From: Felis catus
Taxonomy: Eukaryota
Assembly (NCBI RefSeq): GCF_018350175.1
Contig: NC_058368.1
Coordinates: 58,716,001-58,780,000 of the forward strand
Direction: 5' to 3'
Length of the DNA: 64,000 nt
A program made the translations under genes and the position numbers. Shown in pieces: positions 12,470-25,110 of the stretch (its first letter is position 1; each line of letters opens with the position of its first letter). The notes under the pieces were generated by a model. It was not told where the DNA came from. It saw nothing but the letters and a program-made list of their open reading frames with translations, and searched no databases.

Positions 12470-14329
12470 CCTATTGTTGGATTTTAAGCTCCTACATTCT
12501 TTCCCACATCTGGTCAAGCTCTGCCTTCTCCCTCAAATGCCTACCACCTCCCCCAAAGGAAGTCAAGTTTTCAAATGATTGTTTCACTATTAGGCTACTA
12601 TCCGGACCACATTTCACTGGTTCACTGATGATTCTCCCATGGAGTCAGTTATCTTGACTTCACCTTCTCCTTTAGATTCTTCACATCTTACCCAGATTTT
12701 CAAGACAAGTTCTATGGACCTTCTCTATATAACTGGTAACTTGGATTCAGAATAAATAGTAATAACCCTCATCTAAGTATCTTGAACTCTGTCCATTTTT
12801 CAAATCAAACTTTCTCAAAAGTGACACAAGTATTTAGGTGCTTGCTAACTATCTATAAACTGGCACTTGTTCTTTCCTTTCATTTTTCACCCAGATGTGT
12901 CCAATTCCTGAGGAACACAATCTCTATGTGAGGAAGGATGAGTGGCAGGATTAAAAGCCTCCATATTTTCCCCCGTAAACTGATAATCCACTGTACTATA
13001 ATCCAGTACATATTTTTACATTTCTTTTCATTTAACCATAGTGATATTGCAGACTTAAAGATATAATCCAAGTTCGAAAAACTGTTTGCTATTGAAAAAA
13101 TAAAACATAATGAGAAAATAAGCATGAAATCATGATAATATTGAGAATAAAGCTATGATAAACAAATGAACTGAGAGCCTTTCTTCTACATTTGGGCACT
13201 GCATGCCTAGTTTATATAATAATGGAAAATCTGTCTTTTTTATTTTTGTGATATGTATCTTGAAGTTCTATTTATAGGAAAAACAAAGCTCTTAGGACTG
13301 AGAGGCAGGATCTTGTTGTTTCCCACCCCCTCTTCCCATTCTGTGGTCTCTAATGCCACATGTGGGTCCCATTTCTCTTTGCTTCCTATCTCTCTGAAAC
13401 TTCCATTCTCCTATATCCTTAATAGTCTGGCTTGTTTCCACTCTTCTTTTAGCTCTGGCTTGTGTCTTGCTTTTCTTCTGGCTCTAAGCCCTGTTCCCAC
13501 CAACTCAGCCCTTCCAACTTCAGCTCCTGCAAGAATCGTCAGTACACTCCACCTCTAACTCCAAATTTACATTTTCTTCTGGCAGATATCTACACAATTC
13601 TTTGTTCAATCCCAACTGTCTTATATTAGTGCCACTTAAATCTCAGAAATTAATCTCTAATTCTTTGAATTCTACAGAGAATAAAACTTTTCAAATTATT
13701 TTTTATTACTGGAACTATTCTTAATGTCACTTTGACTTCCAAATGCATAGTTCTTTGGGCAACACACTCCATAACTACATCTCATGTTTTTTTTCCCTTC
13801 TCTCCCATCATCTGTCCTTTCTTTAAAAGATCCATTATTTTCTTGGCTTAGAGACTTCCAGTCACTTCCAACACTAAACTTTAAAACTTCTCAAATATGT
13901 CCTACCGCAATTATTAGGCAAAATTGATCCTTTCCCAACACATCTAGGCCAAATAGGAGCTACTCCTCTCTATGTTCAAGTTCCCAAGTACTAATAACAG
14001 ATTTCCTCTTCCCACAAATACTTTTCTTCTTACCTAGGTATTTGCTGGAACCTGGTAACTTCTTCCCTGCTATTTCAATTATTATTATTTTACTTGTTGT
14101 CCAACAAAGCAGCCATCCCTACTCTTCGGTTTCACAGAGACTCTCTGTTGTTCTTCTGCGCATTTATTCTGTGCTCTTAGTTTTATATCTCATCACACAG
14201 AAGATTCAGTTCCACTTACACTGCCTTCTACAAAAATCTCACATGCTTATTGATTACCCAAGTTGCAAAAACTTTTAATATGGGCTCCCAACAGGGGAAA
14301 TATAAGTCTTTGTGTTCAGGAATTCCTGC

Positions 14330-14782
14330 TATGCAGTCTTACCTGCAGGGTGGGGCATCCATCTTGCTTGGATCTAAGAACAAGGAGCAAAGCTCCTCAT
14401 TCCAGAATAGAAAACTCTGCCTGAGGACATCTCTTGATCCAGGGGCAGGTCTGGCTCTAATTGAGGCAGGTTGAGGTGCAGGGGAATTACCACAGGGCAA
14501 CATTGATGGAATGAACTTGATAGATACCTAAAGAGCTTTCACCTCTTAATATGGGACAGCACTAAGTTGGCTTCTAAATGCCCCAGTGAGAAGACTTCTA
14601 GAAGTCCCCAGTGAGATGGAGCCTCAATTACCTGCAACAGTGACTTTCTCTCTGCAGTGTGTTGTATTGACCCCTTCCCTTTTTCATTTCCCCATTCTTT
14701 TCCTGCTGTTTCATAAATCCAAAATAAGTCGTCTGAACTCAAATTCTGTTTCAGAGTCTGCTTCTGAATTCAAAGAATGAGA
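14330..14782 (+). mobile_element. ERVL solo LTR (LTR16-like)
   Basis: 3' half gtccccagtgagatggagcctcaattacc...tgtattgaccccttccc...ctcaaattctgtttcagagtctgcttctg follows LTR16. 5' boundary approximate. Confidence 0.7.
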
Positions 14783-14879
14783 TTGCCATTTATTTTCAAT
14801 CTACTTCATTATTCTTTAGCATACTGCTGTACCTTCATTCAGGCTGCTATTGAAAGATTGTCTAAAAGTCTGGAAAATA

Positions 14880-15094
14880 GGGGCGCCTGGGTGGCGCAGT
14901 TGGTTAAGCGTCCGACTTCAGCCAGGTCACGATCTCGCGGTCCCTGAGTTCGAGCCCCGCGTCAGGCTCTGGGCTGATGGCTCAGAGCCTGGAGCCTGTT
15001 TCCGATTCTGTGTCTCCCTCTCTGTCTGCCCCTCCCCCGTTCATGCTCTGTCTCGCTCTGTCCCAAAAATAAATAAACGTTGAAAAAAAAAAAT
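14880..15094 (+). mobile_element. Young felid Can-SINE (SINEC_Fc-type)
   Basis: Near-identical to the 4360 copy. Perfect 17-bp TSD taaaagtctggaaaata at 14863-14879 and 15095-15111. Confidence 0.97.
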
Positions 15095-15429
15095 TAAAAG
15101 TCTGGAAAATATCAGGTGCAGTTAGAGAGCCAAATTGCACTGGTAAATAAATAAACAAATATTATTATTTTTTCTCCAAGGTTTGAAAACTCTACTCCTA
15201 TTATGTTTATCATTCTAAATTTCTCAAATCCACTACTATATATATTTATGGCCATATTTACACTCAGCAATCTTTTTATGTAGTCATTGATGTCCGTGTT
15301 TTCCATATTTCCATGAGAATTTGGTATATGTACGGACGTTGTTAATAATAGATTTTTCTCAGTAAATAGACCCTTTGAGTACCTGATATACATGGGTTAT
15401 TTTACTAAGGGCTGTATGCATATTTGCAC

Positions 15430-15745
15430 ATTTGATCCTCATTATCCCAGTTTTGCAGATGGAACAAAAGAGAACTGAACTGAAAGCAAAGGAGTTTATG
15501 AACAGCATGGTTAACGGATGTCAGTAAGCAAATGACAGAGCCAAGAATTAACATACCGCTTCCCCATCCTCCTGCCTCACAATTTCCCCTTAGTATTCAT
15601 TATTTTTAGTGTATATTTATTTATTTTTGAGATAGAGAGCACACCAGTGCACACAAGCACAAGGGAGGGGCAGAGAAAGAGGGAGAGAGAGAATTCCAAG
15701 CAGGTGTCCCAGTATTCATGTTCTTAACCATGCTGTTGTACACTA
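15430..15745 (-). mobile_element. MIR fragment interrupted by a truncated SINE
   Basis: attatcccagttttgcagatg...aaatgacagagccaagaatt...catgttcttaaccatgctgt. Confidence 0.55.
15601..15705 (-). mobile_element. 5'-truncated Can-SINE
   Basis: Tail and CT region only, ending at gaattccaagcagg. TSD agtattcat at 15592-15600 and 15711-15719. Confidence 0.88.
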
Positions 15746-15939
15746 TACACTTTCCAATCAAATAAACCCTAAGACACCCCGGAAGAAAGAGTCATGCAAG
15801 TCCTCCGAGTAATGAGATGTCCTTTTAGTATACCGAATAACATCAATAAAAGTTATTTAGTCATCATGTGTCTATGTGGTTTGTACCAAAATGCTTAGAA
15901 TTTAGTCCTTACTTAGTCTCCTTAAGAAATGCCAATCTA

Positions 15940-16130
15940 AGGGTGTCTGGGTGGCTCAGTCGGATTAGCTTTAGAGTTCAGCTCAGGTCATGATCTCATG
16001 GTTCATGAGTTCGAGCCTCGCCATGCCCTCTCTGGTGTCAGTACAGAGACTACTTCAGATCCTCTATCTCCCTTTCTCTTTGCCCCTCCCCCCCCACTCT
16101 CTCTCTCTCTCAAAAATAAGCATTTAAAAA
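15940..16130 (+). mobile_element. Can-SINE
   Basis: TSD aagaaatgccaat at 15924-15936 and 16131-16143. Confidence 0.94.
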
Positions 16131-16529
16131 AAGAAATGCCAATGTTGCCTTGTAAGTATTTTATAATGTCTTTCTTATTACTGATGTTTCATAAGGTTAC
16201 AGGGAAATATTACATTGCACAGTGCACAGCATTTATCTGGAAAAAATATTCCATATTCAGCACCTCTGAAACTACACTAGATTTCTATCAGAGCACCACC
16301 TGAATTCCACTTATTTCAACCCCGTTCTTCATGTAGTATCCATCCCCTGGATTTCCTTACCAAAATATCCTTGAGGCCTCCCATTCTTCCCATAAAATTT
16401 ACAGAGTAATGAATTTATAGAAAACAATGATTCTTCCAAAGAAGTCTGGTTAAATATGATGAACAGAAACAATGCACAACAGCAATAATAACAAAAACCT
16501 CCAAACTGCCAAAATTATAATGAGAAGTA

Positions 16530-16531
<2 letters not shown>

Positions 16532-16564
<33 letters not shown>
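16532..16564. repeat. (AT)16 microsatellite
   Basis: Direct read. Confidence 0.98.
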
Positions 16565-16567
<3 letters not shown>

Positions 16568-18161
16568 CCTACTACGTGCCACAGAATGTACTGTATATTT
16601 CACGGATGATAGTCTACTCAGTTCTAATTAAGTCCCTTTGAGTTAGGCAGCATTGGTTCCATATTCCAGAAAAGGAAATTGAAAAATCTGAGAGATTTTC
16701 CATTGTATCTGCCTCTTTCCACTCTGCTACATAGGAACAAGCTATCGTATAGATAACCCTAGTATAATGTGCATAAAAATTCTCAGCTAACCAACTGGTC
16801 CTAGACAGTTTCCTATGGTCCAGGAGCTTTACAAAAGCAAGTAGTGTTCTCAGGAATTCCCACTTTTATTCTAGGGCTTTCTCACCACATCACAATGTCT
16901 TATCCTCTCTTTGTCCTTTGTAAACAGAAAAGGAAAGCCTTACATATATCAGCCAATTACATGATTATTTATAAAATTCTGAAAATTAATATTTAATAGA
17001 AAATCAAGGGGATGATAAAAGAAATAGCAAATATTCCATTTTATGATGATTAATAGTTATAGGAAATTAATTCTATTAGCTATTTAAACATTGTGATTTT
17101 AAGGGAATCACATGAAGGGAATTTTAATCGCATGAAGGGAATAATTAATGCTCACAGGCATTCAACCACAGTGATCTAAAAGATTCCTAAGAGATCCTTA
17201 TCTTTTTACAATTTTTTTTAGACATAACTCTATGATATTGTGCAGTGAATATACCTGAAAAATAATTTATCAGGTCATGCACAATCCATCCTGAATAGAG
17301 TTAGAATTCAGCATAACTTTGCTAAATTAGTCAAGAAGAAACATAATTATGTCCCAAAAAATAAATAAATAAACTACAGTAAAGGGAGTAGAGTTATGAG
17401 GGGAAATTAAGCTTTACAATTATGTGATAAATATGCACAGATTGGCATTAAACACCAAAAGTGTCATGAGCAGACAGTCACATCTTCATTATTTTCTCAT
17501 GGCCTACATTTTGTGCTGAGTCATGTTCCAGTGTATATGGAAGGAATCTGCTCTCTCTTTCTCAAGTTCTTCATGGCATGACTGTTTAGATGTAGATGTG
17601 ACTGTTGGGAGTCAGATGACTTAGAAAGAGTTTATATACATAGTATATAGACAGATGGTACTTTATTCTATTTAGAGAACTCAAGAACTAATTTGAATGT
17701 ATGAAAAAATAGAAAGAGTATTCCTATATTATAAAATGTTTCAATATGTATCAAAATGTAAAGTATGTACTTTTAAAAAATATCTCTATTTACTGTGAAA
17801 AGATTAGAAAGCCAGAGTTTTAGAAAATTTAATTTTTATGGATAATTGTATCCCCACAACAGTAATGCTAAATATATTATCAGAAAACTCAAAATTTTTG
17901 TTTTATTTAAAAATCCATGGATGGTTATAACAAACATAATAAGCACTTCATAATGACATTTATTTCCTAGAAATTGTGTAAAAATATAGGTAACTTTTCT
18001 TTCTACACAGTGGGTATTAATATATTTTAGTTGTATTGCAAAAGTAAAATTTTAACCAATCTTAGCCTGAATAAAATATAAAGGAAAAGATTTATATATA
18101 AAACATTTTGCCATCTGATTTCAATTAGCAGGACTGGGCTGAGGGCGGTATTTGAATTGAG

Positions 18162-18357
18162 ATTTTTGTTTTGAAAGAGAGAGAGAGAGAGATCAGGGAA
18201 GCAGGGGAGAGGGGCAAAGGGAGAGAGAGAATCTTAAGCAGGGCTCCACACTCAGCATGGACACCAACGCAAGGCTGGATCCCACGATCCTGGGATCATG
18301 ACCTGAGCAGAAATCAAAAGTCAGGTGCTCAACCAACTGAGCCAACAGAGGTGCCCC
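18162..18357 (-). mobile_element. Can-SINE
   Basis: Ends caaccaactgagccaacagaggtgcccc. TSD tgaattgag at 18153-18161 and 18358-18366. Confidence 0.94.
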
Positions 18358-19519
18358 TGAATTGAGGTGTTTTAACCCAGTAGATCCAGGAGACACTTAG
18401 ATCAGAGGAGTCCAGAGGTATTGTAGTGGAAGGAAGCAGTCAGAGTCATTACAGAGAAGATTGTGTGGAGCCTTTTTTCAGGAAAAGAAAGTGAGATCAA
18501 GCGGCAAGATGAGACAAAAGTCCCAGGACATGGGTTGATCCATTTTGATGGACCTAAAAAAAAAAAACCCATGGAAGGCAGAAGAGTCCCAGAGCTGCTT
18601 TTTATGAGAAGTCCAGTGCCTATTCATTAAAAAGTAACAAATCAGACCCAAGATGCAAGGTGAAAAAGTTCCCTCAGGGAAGGGAATTATTTATACAACA
18701 TGGTTCGAGTGTGTTGGCATTGCCTCGCATACAGTTGTGGATTAATAAACGATTCTTCCTACATACGCATCATGAAATTGGCACTCATTTACATTTTGCC
18801 TTCTATTGGTTTATATCTGGCAACACCTGCTTACTGACCACTTTTTCAATATTTGTGACCACAAATGAGTTAACATGTATTTTTGTATGAATAGTTTTTA
18901 TTTATTTTCTAAGTTTTAAGAACTCTAGGTAAGAAGTTCAAGAATGTTAAAGCTTTCTTGAACTTTACATAAAATCCATGCTTCATTTTCTGTCTTTACT
19001 ATTTATATCCATTGGCACAATATCATACAGTGCAGATGTGTTTACACCTTACTTTGAGGAGTATGGCCAGATGTGCATAAAAACCTACCAGAGAAAGGAG
19101 TGAATGGTGACCCATTATGTGCAGACTAGTATCCCTTTGAACTATTATAACAAATAACTGGATTTTTCATATTTTCAAACTCCCTTATCCTGTAACAAAA
19201 TATGTAAAATATGAGACACCGTTCTTCCACATTTACATTTTAATTACGTTTATGTTATTCCTTACATTTATATAATTTTGTTAATCCTTAATAACATTTC
19301 GATATTTCTGGATTGCATCATCTCATGCCTCCACGTTTTCATATTTTCAGTCTTTTACTCTGTATTTTTCCTTTAGAGGTACTTGATAAACAGACCCTAA
19401 AATCCCAATTCCTAGGTTACATTTCTTGATTGATTTCCCTTTCTCACATCATTATTAATCCTATTCTGATTTGTAGGTCTATAGTATTCCACAGAGGTTC
19501 TTAGTTCAGACTCAGCACC

Positions 19520-19810
19520 CACACAACTTACAAATACACATGCACACTCACATGCATACCCACATACATACAATCCTACATATGTCACAGGTACCCCATA
19601 CACATACAATGTACACACTGGCAGACACACATACTCACGTCTACCCACTCACAGTTACATACATGATCACGTTCACTGACTGTAACACACATACTCTTGC
19701 ACATACACATTTGCAGACATGCACCTACAAGCACCTGCAGGACACGACCAGATACATATCTACATATACATACATGCACACACACACACACGAACACAGT
19801 ATGCACGAAC
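19520..19810. repeat. Degenerate (CA)/(CATA)-rich low-complexity tract
   Basis: Decayed cacacatgcacactcacatgcatac... It explains the His/Thr-rich and Val/Cys-rich ORFs here. Confidence 0.9.
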
Positions 19811-20432
19811 AAACAGCAAAGGTTTATGAGGTCTGAGGTGATTTCTTGGATCATTTTTTCTATCACACAGATAGGATATTTTCTTTGACTAGAATATTCA
19901 ATATTTTCTTTGAATAGAATGTTAATCATTTTAAAACATTGATTTAATAGAACAGATTAAAACTCTTTATCATAATGATACAAGTATTATCTTTTCTCTC
20001 ATAGTTTTTCAAGATAAACTGTAGGACCACTTATTCAATTTGACAACAGATGAGTGATTTAAGCATTCAGTTTTCTCTATTGGCTGGTTACATACCCCTT
20101 TATTGAATGAAGACATATTTTCAAATGTCATCTCTGTGAAACTAACTTCCCTAGACACAATTCATTGGTTTATCCCTTTTGTTGAGTAGATTTTTTTAAA
20201 TTCTTCCCCTACAACTATTTTGATGTTGGATTTCAGTCAATTTTATATACTTGTTATTTTGCTGAATTTTAAACATTCTAAGAATAATAAGCATTCTTGT
20301 GATGGCTTTTATTTAGAAGAGCATTTTAAAGTACTTAATAAATATTTATCAAAATAATGGAACATTTCTGAATTTGTTGTTTAGACTCTTATGTGGATTT
20401 TGTTGAAAAAAAAAATGTTTTCCCTTTTGCAG

Positions 20433-20480
20433 AAGATATTGTATCAAGTATGGAGACACTGTATTTGTTCTATCACTTTG
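20433..20480 (+). other. Candidate 48-nt exon of an unidentified transcript
   Basis: Acceptor tgttttcccttttgcag after a ~45-nt AG-free zone; donor TTG|gtaagt. Length divisible by 3; no stop in any frame. Confidence 0.35.
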
Positions 20481-21543
20481 GTAAGTAAATTAATCCCAAA
20501 CATGTGTCCTTAGGTCAATTACATAAACGTAAAGCTTCCTCAGGTGGCAGTCATGTTTACACTGGGATTTAGATACTAAGTAATTGAACAAATACTATGT
20601 CTCTATACTTGAAAAAAGGAGTAAAACTTAAAGTGCAAAGCAGAACCTATGAAAAATGTGAATGTTCTTGGTTCAGGAAATACTTTTACAAGTGAAGTTG
20701 ATTTCTTTATCACTCAACAGAACATGACCACCTTTGCAATCTGTTCATTTCATTGTATTTTGTAATTTTTGCCTTGATGTTTATAAAAAAAGAATGAAGT
20801 TAATAACATTAACATTAAAATGATACCAGAGAAATAATAGTAGAGAAGAAATGGAAAAAGAGGAATTACATTATGCTGTTAAGAATGTTTTCCTTAGCAC
20901 AATTCTACAAGAACAATAACATCTTAACTCTAATATGCTTTAGGGATCAACAACAAATTATCATATACATATATTTTATAGTCCTGTAACATTTTTCTGA
21001 TACCAGTTTTGCTCAGAATTAAACAAAATTAAACAAAATTAAGTAAAGTAAGTATCAAGGATATGAATAGAAGTTAATAATTATCTAATTTATTTAAAGA
21101 AAATTGAATTAAATTACTGTATCTATAATTCCACTGGAAGTGATGTAGCCTCACAAATGTGTTCTCGTGTATGAAAGTCTTTCAAGCTCTTAAATCACGG
21201 ACTCTTAATTATCTGGCACAAATTATTTTCTATAGTTAATACTGTATGTTTTTTTCTGCTCTGTAAAAAAATGTGTTTGGAAAATGGAGTTGCTGATTAT
21301 ACAGAGTCTTTGTATCTTAATGTTTTTATGCCATTTTGTGAATAGTAATTCACATCCTTTCTGTCAATGCAAACACAGGCCTCCCATATACTTCTGTGAT
21401 TTTTTAAATTTCAGTGAGGCCTAGATTTTTTTCTAGTGGAAAGCATTCAATCAATTGGCTTACATTCTAACTGAAGTAAAACTAGAGTAATAACTAGTGA
21501 TTTACTGAATGTTTCTTAAGCTCCTTGTGCATCAATTATTTTT

Positions 21544-21582
21544 ATGAAATAAATGAATTAAATGAATTAAATGAAATAAATG
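21544..21582. repeat. 9-bp tandem repeat (atgaaWtaa) x4
   Basis: atgaaataa atgaattaa atgaattaa atgaaataa atg. Confidence 0.9.
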
Positions 21583-21822
21583 TGGCAGCTTCAAAGACAG
21601 CTGCCACATACTTACCTCCTCAGTTTAATGATACAGGAGAAATCAGGTTGAGTTATGCAACTCACATCCAAATTGGCATCCTTCTTTTTCTTTCTGATTT
21701 CAGTATAAAATGAAGGAGAAATATGTCTAAGCATCAAAATTATCATTCAATAAGAAGTTGATTTTAAGTATTTTTTTTGTTTGCCATTCCCTGACTTTTA
21801 TCTTTCTTTAAAATAACAATTC

Positions 21823-22100
21823 TTTTTTCTTTTTTTTTTTTTTAGTATGAAATTTATTGTCAAATGGGCTTCTATGCAACACCCAGTGCTCGTCCCAACA
21901 GGTGCCCTCCTCAATACCCATCACCCACCCTCCTCCCCTCTCACTCCCCATCAACCTTCAGTTTATTCTCAGTTTTTAAGAGTCTCTTATGGTTTGGCTC
22001 CCTCCCTAACTTTTTTTTTCCCTTCCTCTCCCTCATGGTCTTCTGTTAAGTTTCTCAGGATCCACATAACAGTGAAAACATATGGTATCTGTCTTTCTCT
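21823..22100 (-). mobile_element. 5'-truncated felid L1 (3' UTR plus poly-A)
   Basis: Poly-T then atgaaatttattgtcaaat...acacccagtgctcgtcccaacaggtgccctcctcaatacccatcaccca. TSD ttaaaataacaatt at 21808-21821 and 22104-22117. Confidence 0.93.
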
Positions 22101-22164
22101 TTATTAAAATAACAATTATTTTTCTTTAAAATAGGTAATTCTGGAGAATGTAGAGCAAATTATA

Positions 22165-22330
22165 GATTTTGAAGTGCTATGGAGAGAGTTTGTATCTGAA
22201 GTCTGCCATTTGAGCCATGGAGTAACTGTTTAATTTTTGGAAAGTTCCTTCTTAATCTCAGTTTTGTCACATATAAAATGTGACAATTAATGAATACCCT
22301 ATACTACCATGAGGATTAAAATAATATAAT
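22165..22330 (+). mobile_element. MIR
   Basis: tctgccattt...ctcagttttgtcacatataaaatg...tgaggattaaaataatataat matches the MIR core. Confidence 0.6.
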
Positions 22331-22767
22331 ATAATTTAATATTGAATATAATTCAAGTGTTTTCAGGGTGTCTATCACTTGGAAAATCCTCAATTGGTAC
22401 AAATCACATGTTTATAAAAACTGAATAGATATTTATAATATTTTTTCGAAAAACAAACTTCATTTAAGTCTAGTAATATTTAATGTTTAATAATATGGTA
22501 TATTCTTAAGTATTTTCTATTTCCTGTTAGGAAATTAGTAATTGAGGTTTAAAATTTTTGACCTAGAAATTGCATAAATCTGTCCACTTATACCTCACTT
22601 GTCACCATCTATCAACAAAGATGAATGGAGAATTCAGTGTGGAGTTGGGGGACCATCTGTCCAGCTGTAATATTCAATTACCAAAGGAGAAGACTCAAAC
22701 TGGACACTGGGCATGAGAAGAAATCTCTCTCAAAACATTCATAAATTTATGATAGTAATGAGTGCGA

Positions 22768-22988
22768 TTTTTTAAATGTTTATTTATTTATTTATTTATT
22801 TTTTTGAGAAAGAGACAGAGCATGAGTGGGGGAGGCACAGAGAGAGAGGGAGACACAGAATCCAAAGCAGGTTCCAGGCTCCCAGCTGTCAGCACAGAGC
22901 CCGAAGTAGTCTTGAACTCAGGAACTGCAAGATCGTGACCTCTAAGCAGAAGTTGGACGCTTAACTGACTGAGCCACCCAGGTGCCCC
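22768..22988 (-). mobile_element. Can-SINE
   Basis: Full element ending gagccacccaggtgcccc. Diverged TSD agtaa(t/g)g(a/g)gtgc(g/a)atttt. Confidence 0.95.
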
Positions 22989-23629
22989 AGTAAGGGTGCA
23001 ATTTTATTTTTTCATTCTATTTTATACTTAGTCATGTTATAATGTGCTCATTATTTTTCTCTTTGCATGTGCTGGCTTGATAAAATTCTGTGTTAACTCA
23101 CTCGTACTCCAGGTAATGTGGATGTACTGGGTGCTCCCTACCAACAGTCTATCATCTTCACTCTTCCTGCTCACACCGAATGTGAAAGCCTGGCCCTCCC
23201 AGGGCAGCCCCATCTGTCTGTGTAGGCATCTTTTCTGACCCCTTCTTTAATTATGTAGAGAGGGATCTCAGCAAGTCTACCTAGAGCATTTTGCTTAGAG
23301 GCTCTGTGTTGATTTTATTTATAGAATTCTTGTTCTACATGTCACAACGTGCCCACTAATAGCTCCTGCCATATAATTTACCTAAAAAAATAATCACCAG
23401 AACAAGCTTTTCTTTCCCATTAGAGACTGCACAAGGTCAGGTCTTGTTCCCCATTAGCTTATCTTGGATTACACCTTGGTAAAACTGTCAATAAACTTGG
23501 AATCAAAGAGTGTGGGATTATAGGCATCCCCCCACCCAGAAACACAAACTCATCTCCAAGCAGTTCTATGTGTATGTAAATCAGTACATTTATATGCATA
23601 TAAATTTTATTTTGTTTTATCTCAGCATT

Positions 23630-24380
23630 TTTTTTCTCTAAAGTCCATACTCTATTCATATTTTCTCAGGTTTGCCCTAATGTCTTTTCTTTCCCCTTAT
23701 GATACCACATTACATTTAATAGACATGTCTCCTTTGGTTCCTCGTGGTCATCACAGTTTCTCAGGCTTTCCTATGTTTTTGATGAAGTTGTATGTTTGCC
23801 AAATTAACATTCGTTAAGTGGAACAGTAGGGTGTTGGATGATGATCTAGGGGTTAACAACAGACCACAAAAGAAATTGACATAGAGTAGTTTATTACTCC
23901 CAGGTACTCCAGAGAGTGTTCTGCATACCTTGAGCTTCCACCCTGGGAAGTGAAGACAGAACCTGCGGCACACGCTTTTTGGGGTCGTTCTCAGGCTAAG
24001 TCCAGATTTTTCAATTTAAACCAGGAGAGCAGGATTTTGGTAAGCCCCAGGTTGGGGAAGAGGGTTATATAAGGAGCATATAAGGCAAGGCATATAAAGG
24101 GAAAGTGTTGGGTGACAAGGGAGACTCTTGAGCTTAAAGGATGGTGGGCATGTCTTATTAGGGACTTATATTTTCTTGTGACTCTGAAGCTGCTATTAAA
24201 GGCAGAAACATGCCTCACAGGCTAGCCCATTTAAGGTCCCAGCAGGCCAATTGGCCAAACAAAATGGATACCAAGGTAGCAATACTATGGAGTAGCTTAA
24301 CTAAACTCTCCATAGATGACCTTGACCGTTTTAGGGATTACTGGTGAGATATTTTGTAGAATACCCTTCGATTTAGAGTG
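23630..24380 (-). mobile_element. Old L1 (L1MC-like) 3' fragment split by an LTR
   Basis: gataccacattacattta...catgtctcctttggttcct...cagtttctcaggctttcc...tttttgatga | gatgaccttgac...attttgtagaat. Homologous to 32270-32720. Confidence 0.75.
23786..24314 (-). mobile_element. Solo LTR, probably ERV1 class; family not assigned
   Basis: 529-bp insert between gatga repeats (23781-23785, 24315-24319). On the minus strand it has ccattttg near the start, a TATA-like element (~24065) and AATAAA (23890-23895). Confidence 0.7.
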
Positions 24381-24694
24381 GAAATTTAATCTTCTTTAGT
24401 TTGTTTTCTGTTTAATCCCCATTCCCTTTTCTATTTTTTGTCTTTCCAAAATAGCAATTTTTATGTGCCCAATGTATATTTTTGTTGTTTTTTGTTGTTG
24501 TTCTATATTTTGAATATGTTCTTGTAAACTGTGTAAATGATTGAATATTTTACTTTTGATCAAAACACATTTTTCTTTTCATGCTCTAATTTGGATATAT
24601 TCTATAATCTATTTTTCAGTACAGTTTTCAGCTGTTTTTCTGTTTCTAAACTGCTGTTAAACGTGTCTTTTGAGTTTTTAATACTAGCTGTTGA

Positions 24695-25110
24695 TTTTTT
24701 TCCAGCTTTATTAAAGCTTAATTGATAGATTAAAAAAAGTATATATTTAGTGAACAATGTGATGACTTGATGTAAGCAGACATTGTGAAATGATTACCAC
24801 GAACAAGATAATCAATACATCCATCACCTCACATAGCTATCCTTTTTGTGTATCCAGAGAACAATTTAGCTCTACTGTCTTAGCAATTTCAAGTGTACAA
24901 TACCATATTATTAATTATAACCACTATGCTGTAGAGTTCCAGAACTTATTTATCTTAGAAAGTTTGACTAGCATCTCCCCATTTCCCCTACTCCCCATCA
25001 CCCTGGCAACTACTGTACTACTCTCTGCTCCTATAATAATCCTTTTTCGATTCCAGATATAAGTGGCATCATACAGTATTCATGTTTATCCACCTGACCT
25101 GTTTTACTTA
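24695..25110 (-). mobile_element. L1 3' end (L1MA9-like)
   Basis: ccagctttattaaag...cattgtgaaatgattaccac...catccatcacctcacatag...tcttagcaatttcaagtgtacaatac...gattccagatataagtg. Confidence 0.85.

Noticed and set aside
17101..17142. 20-bp-period duplication aatc(a/g)catgaagggaat
   Set aside because: Two-copy slippage duplication with no array or spacers; the same applies to tatctaaaatag x2 at 60699-60722.
18030..18800. Possible ancient LTR (AATAAA near 18744, ending ...ttaca); similar impression at 11170-11470
   Set aside because: No family match or TSD that I can support by eye.
19412..19929. Overlapping His/Thr-rich and Cys/Val-rich ORFs
   Set aside because: Artefact of the degenerate CA repeat.
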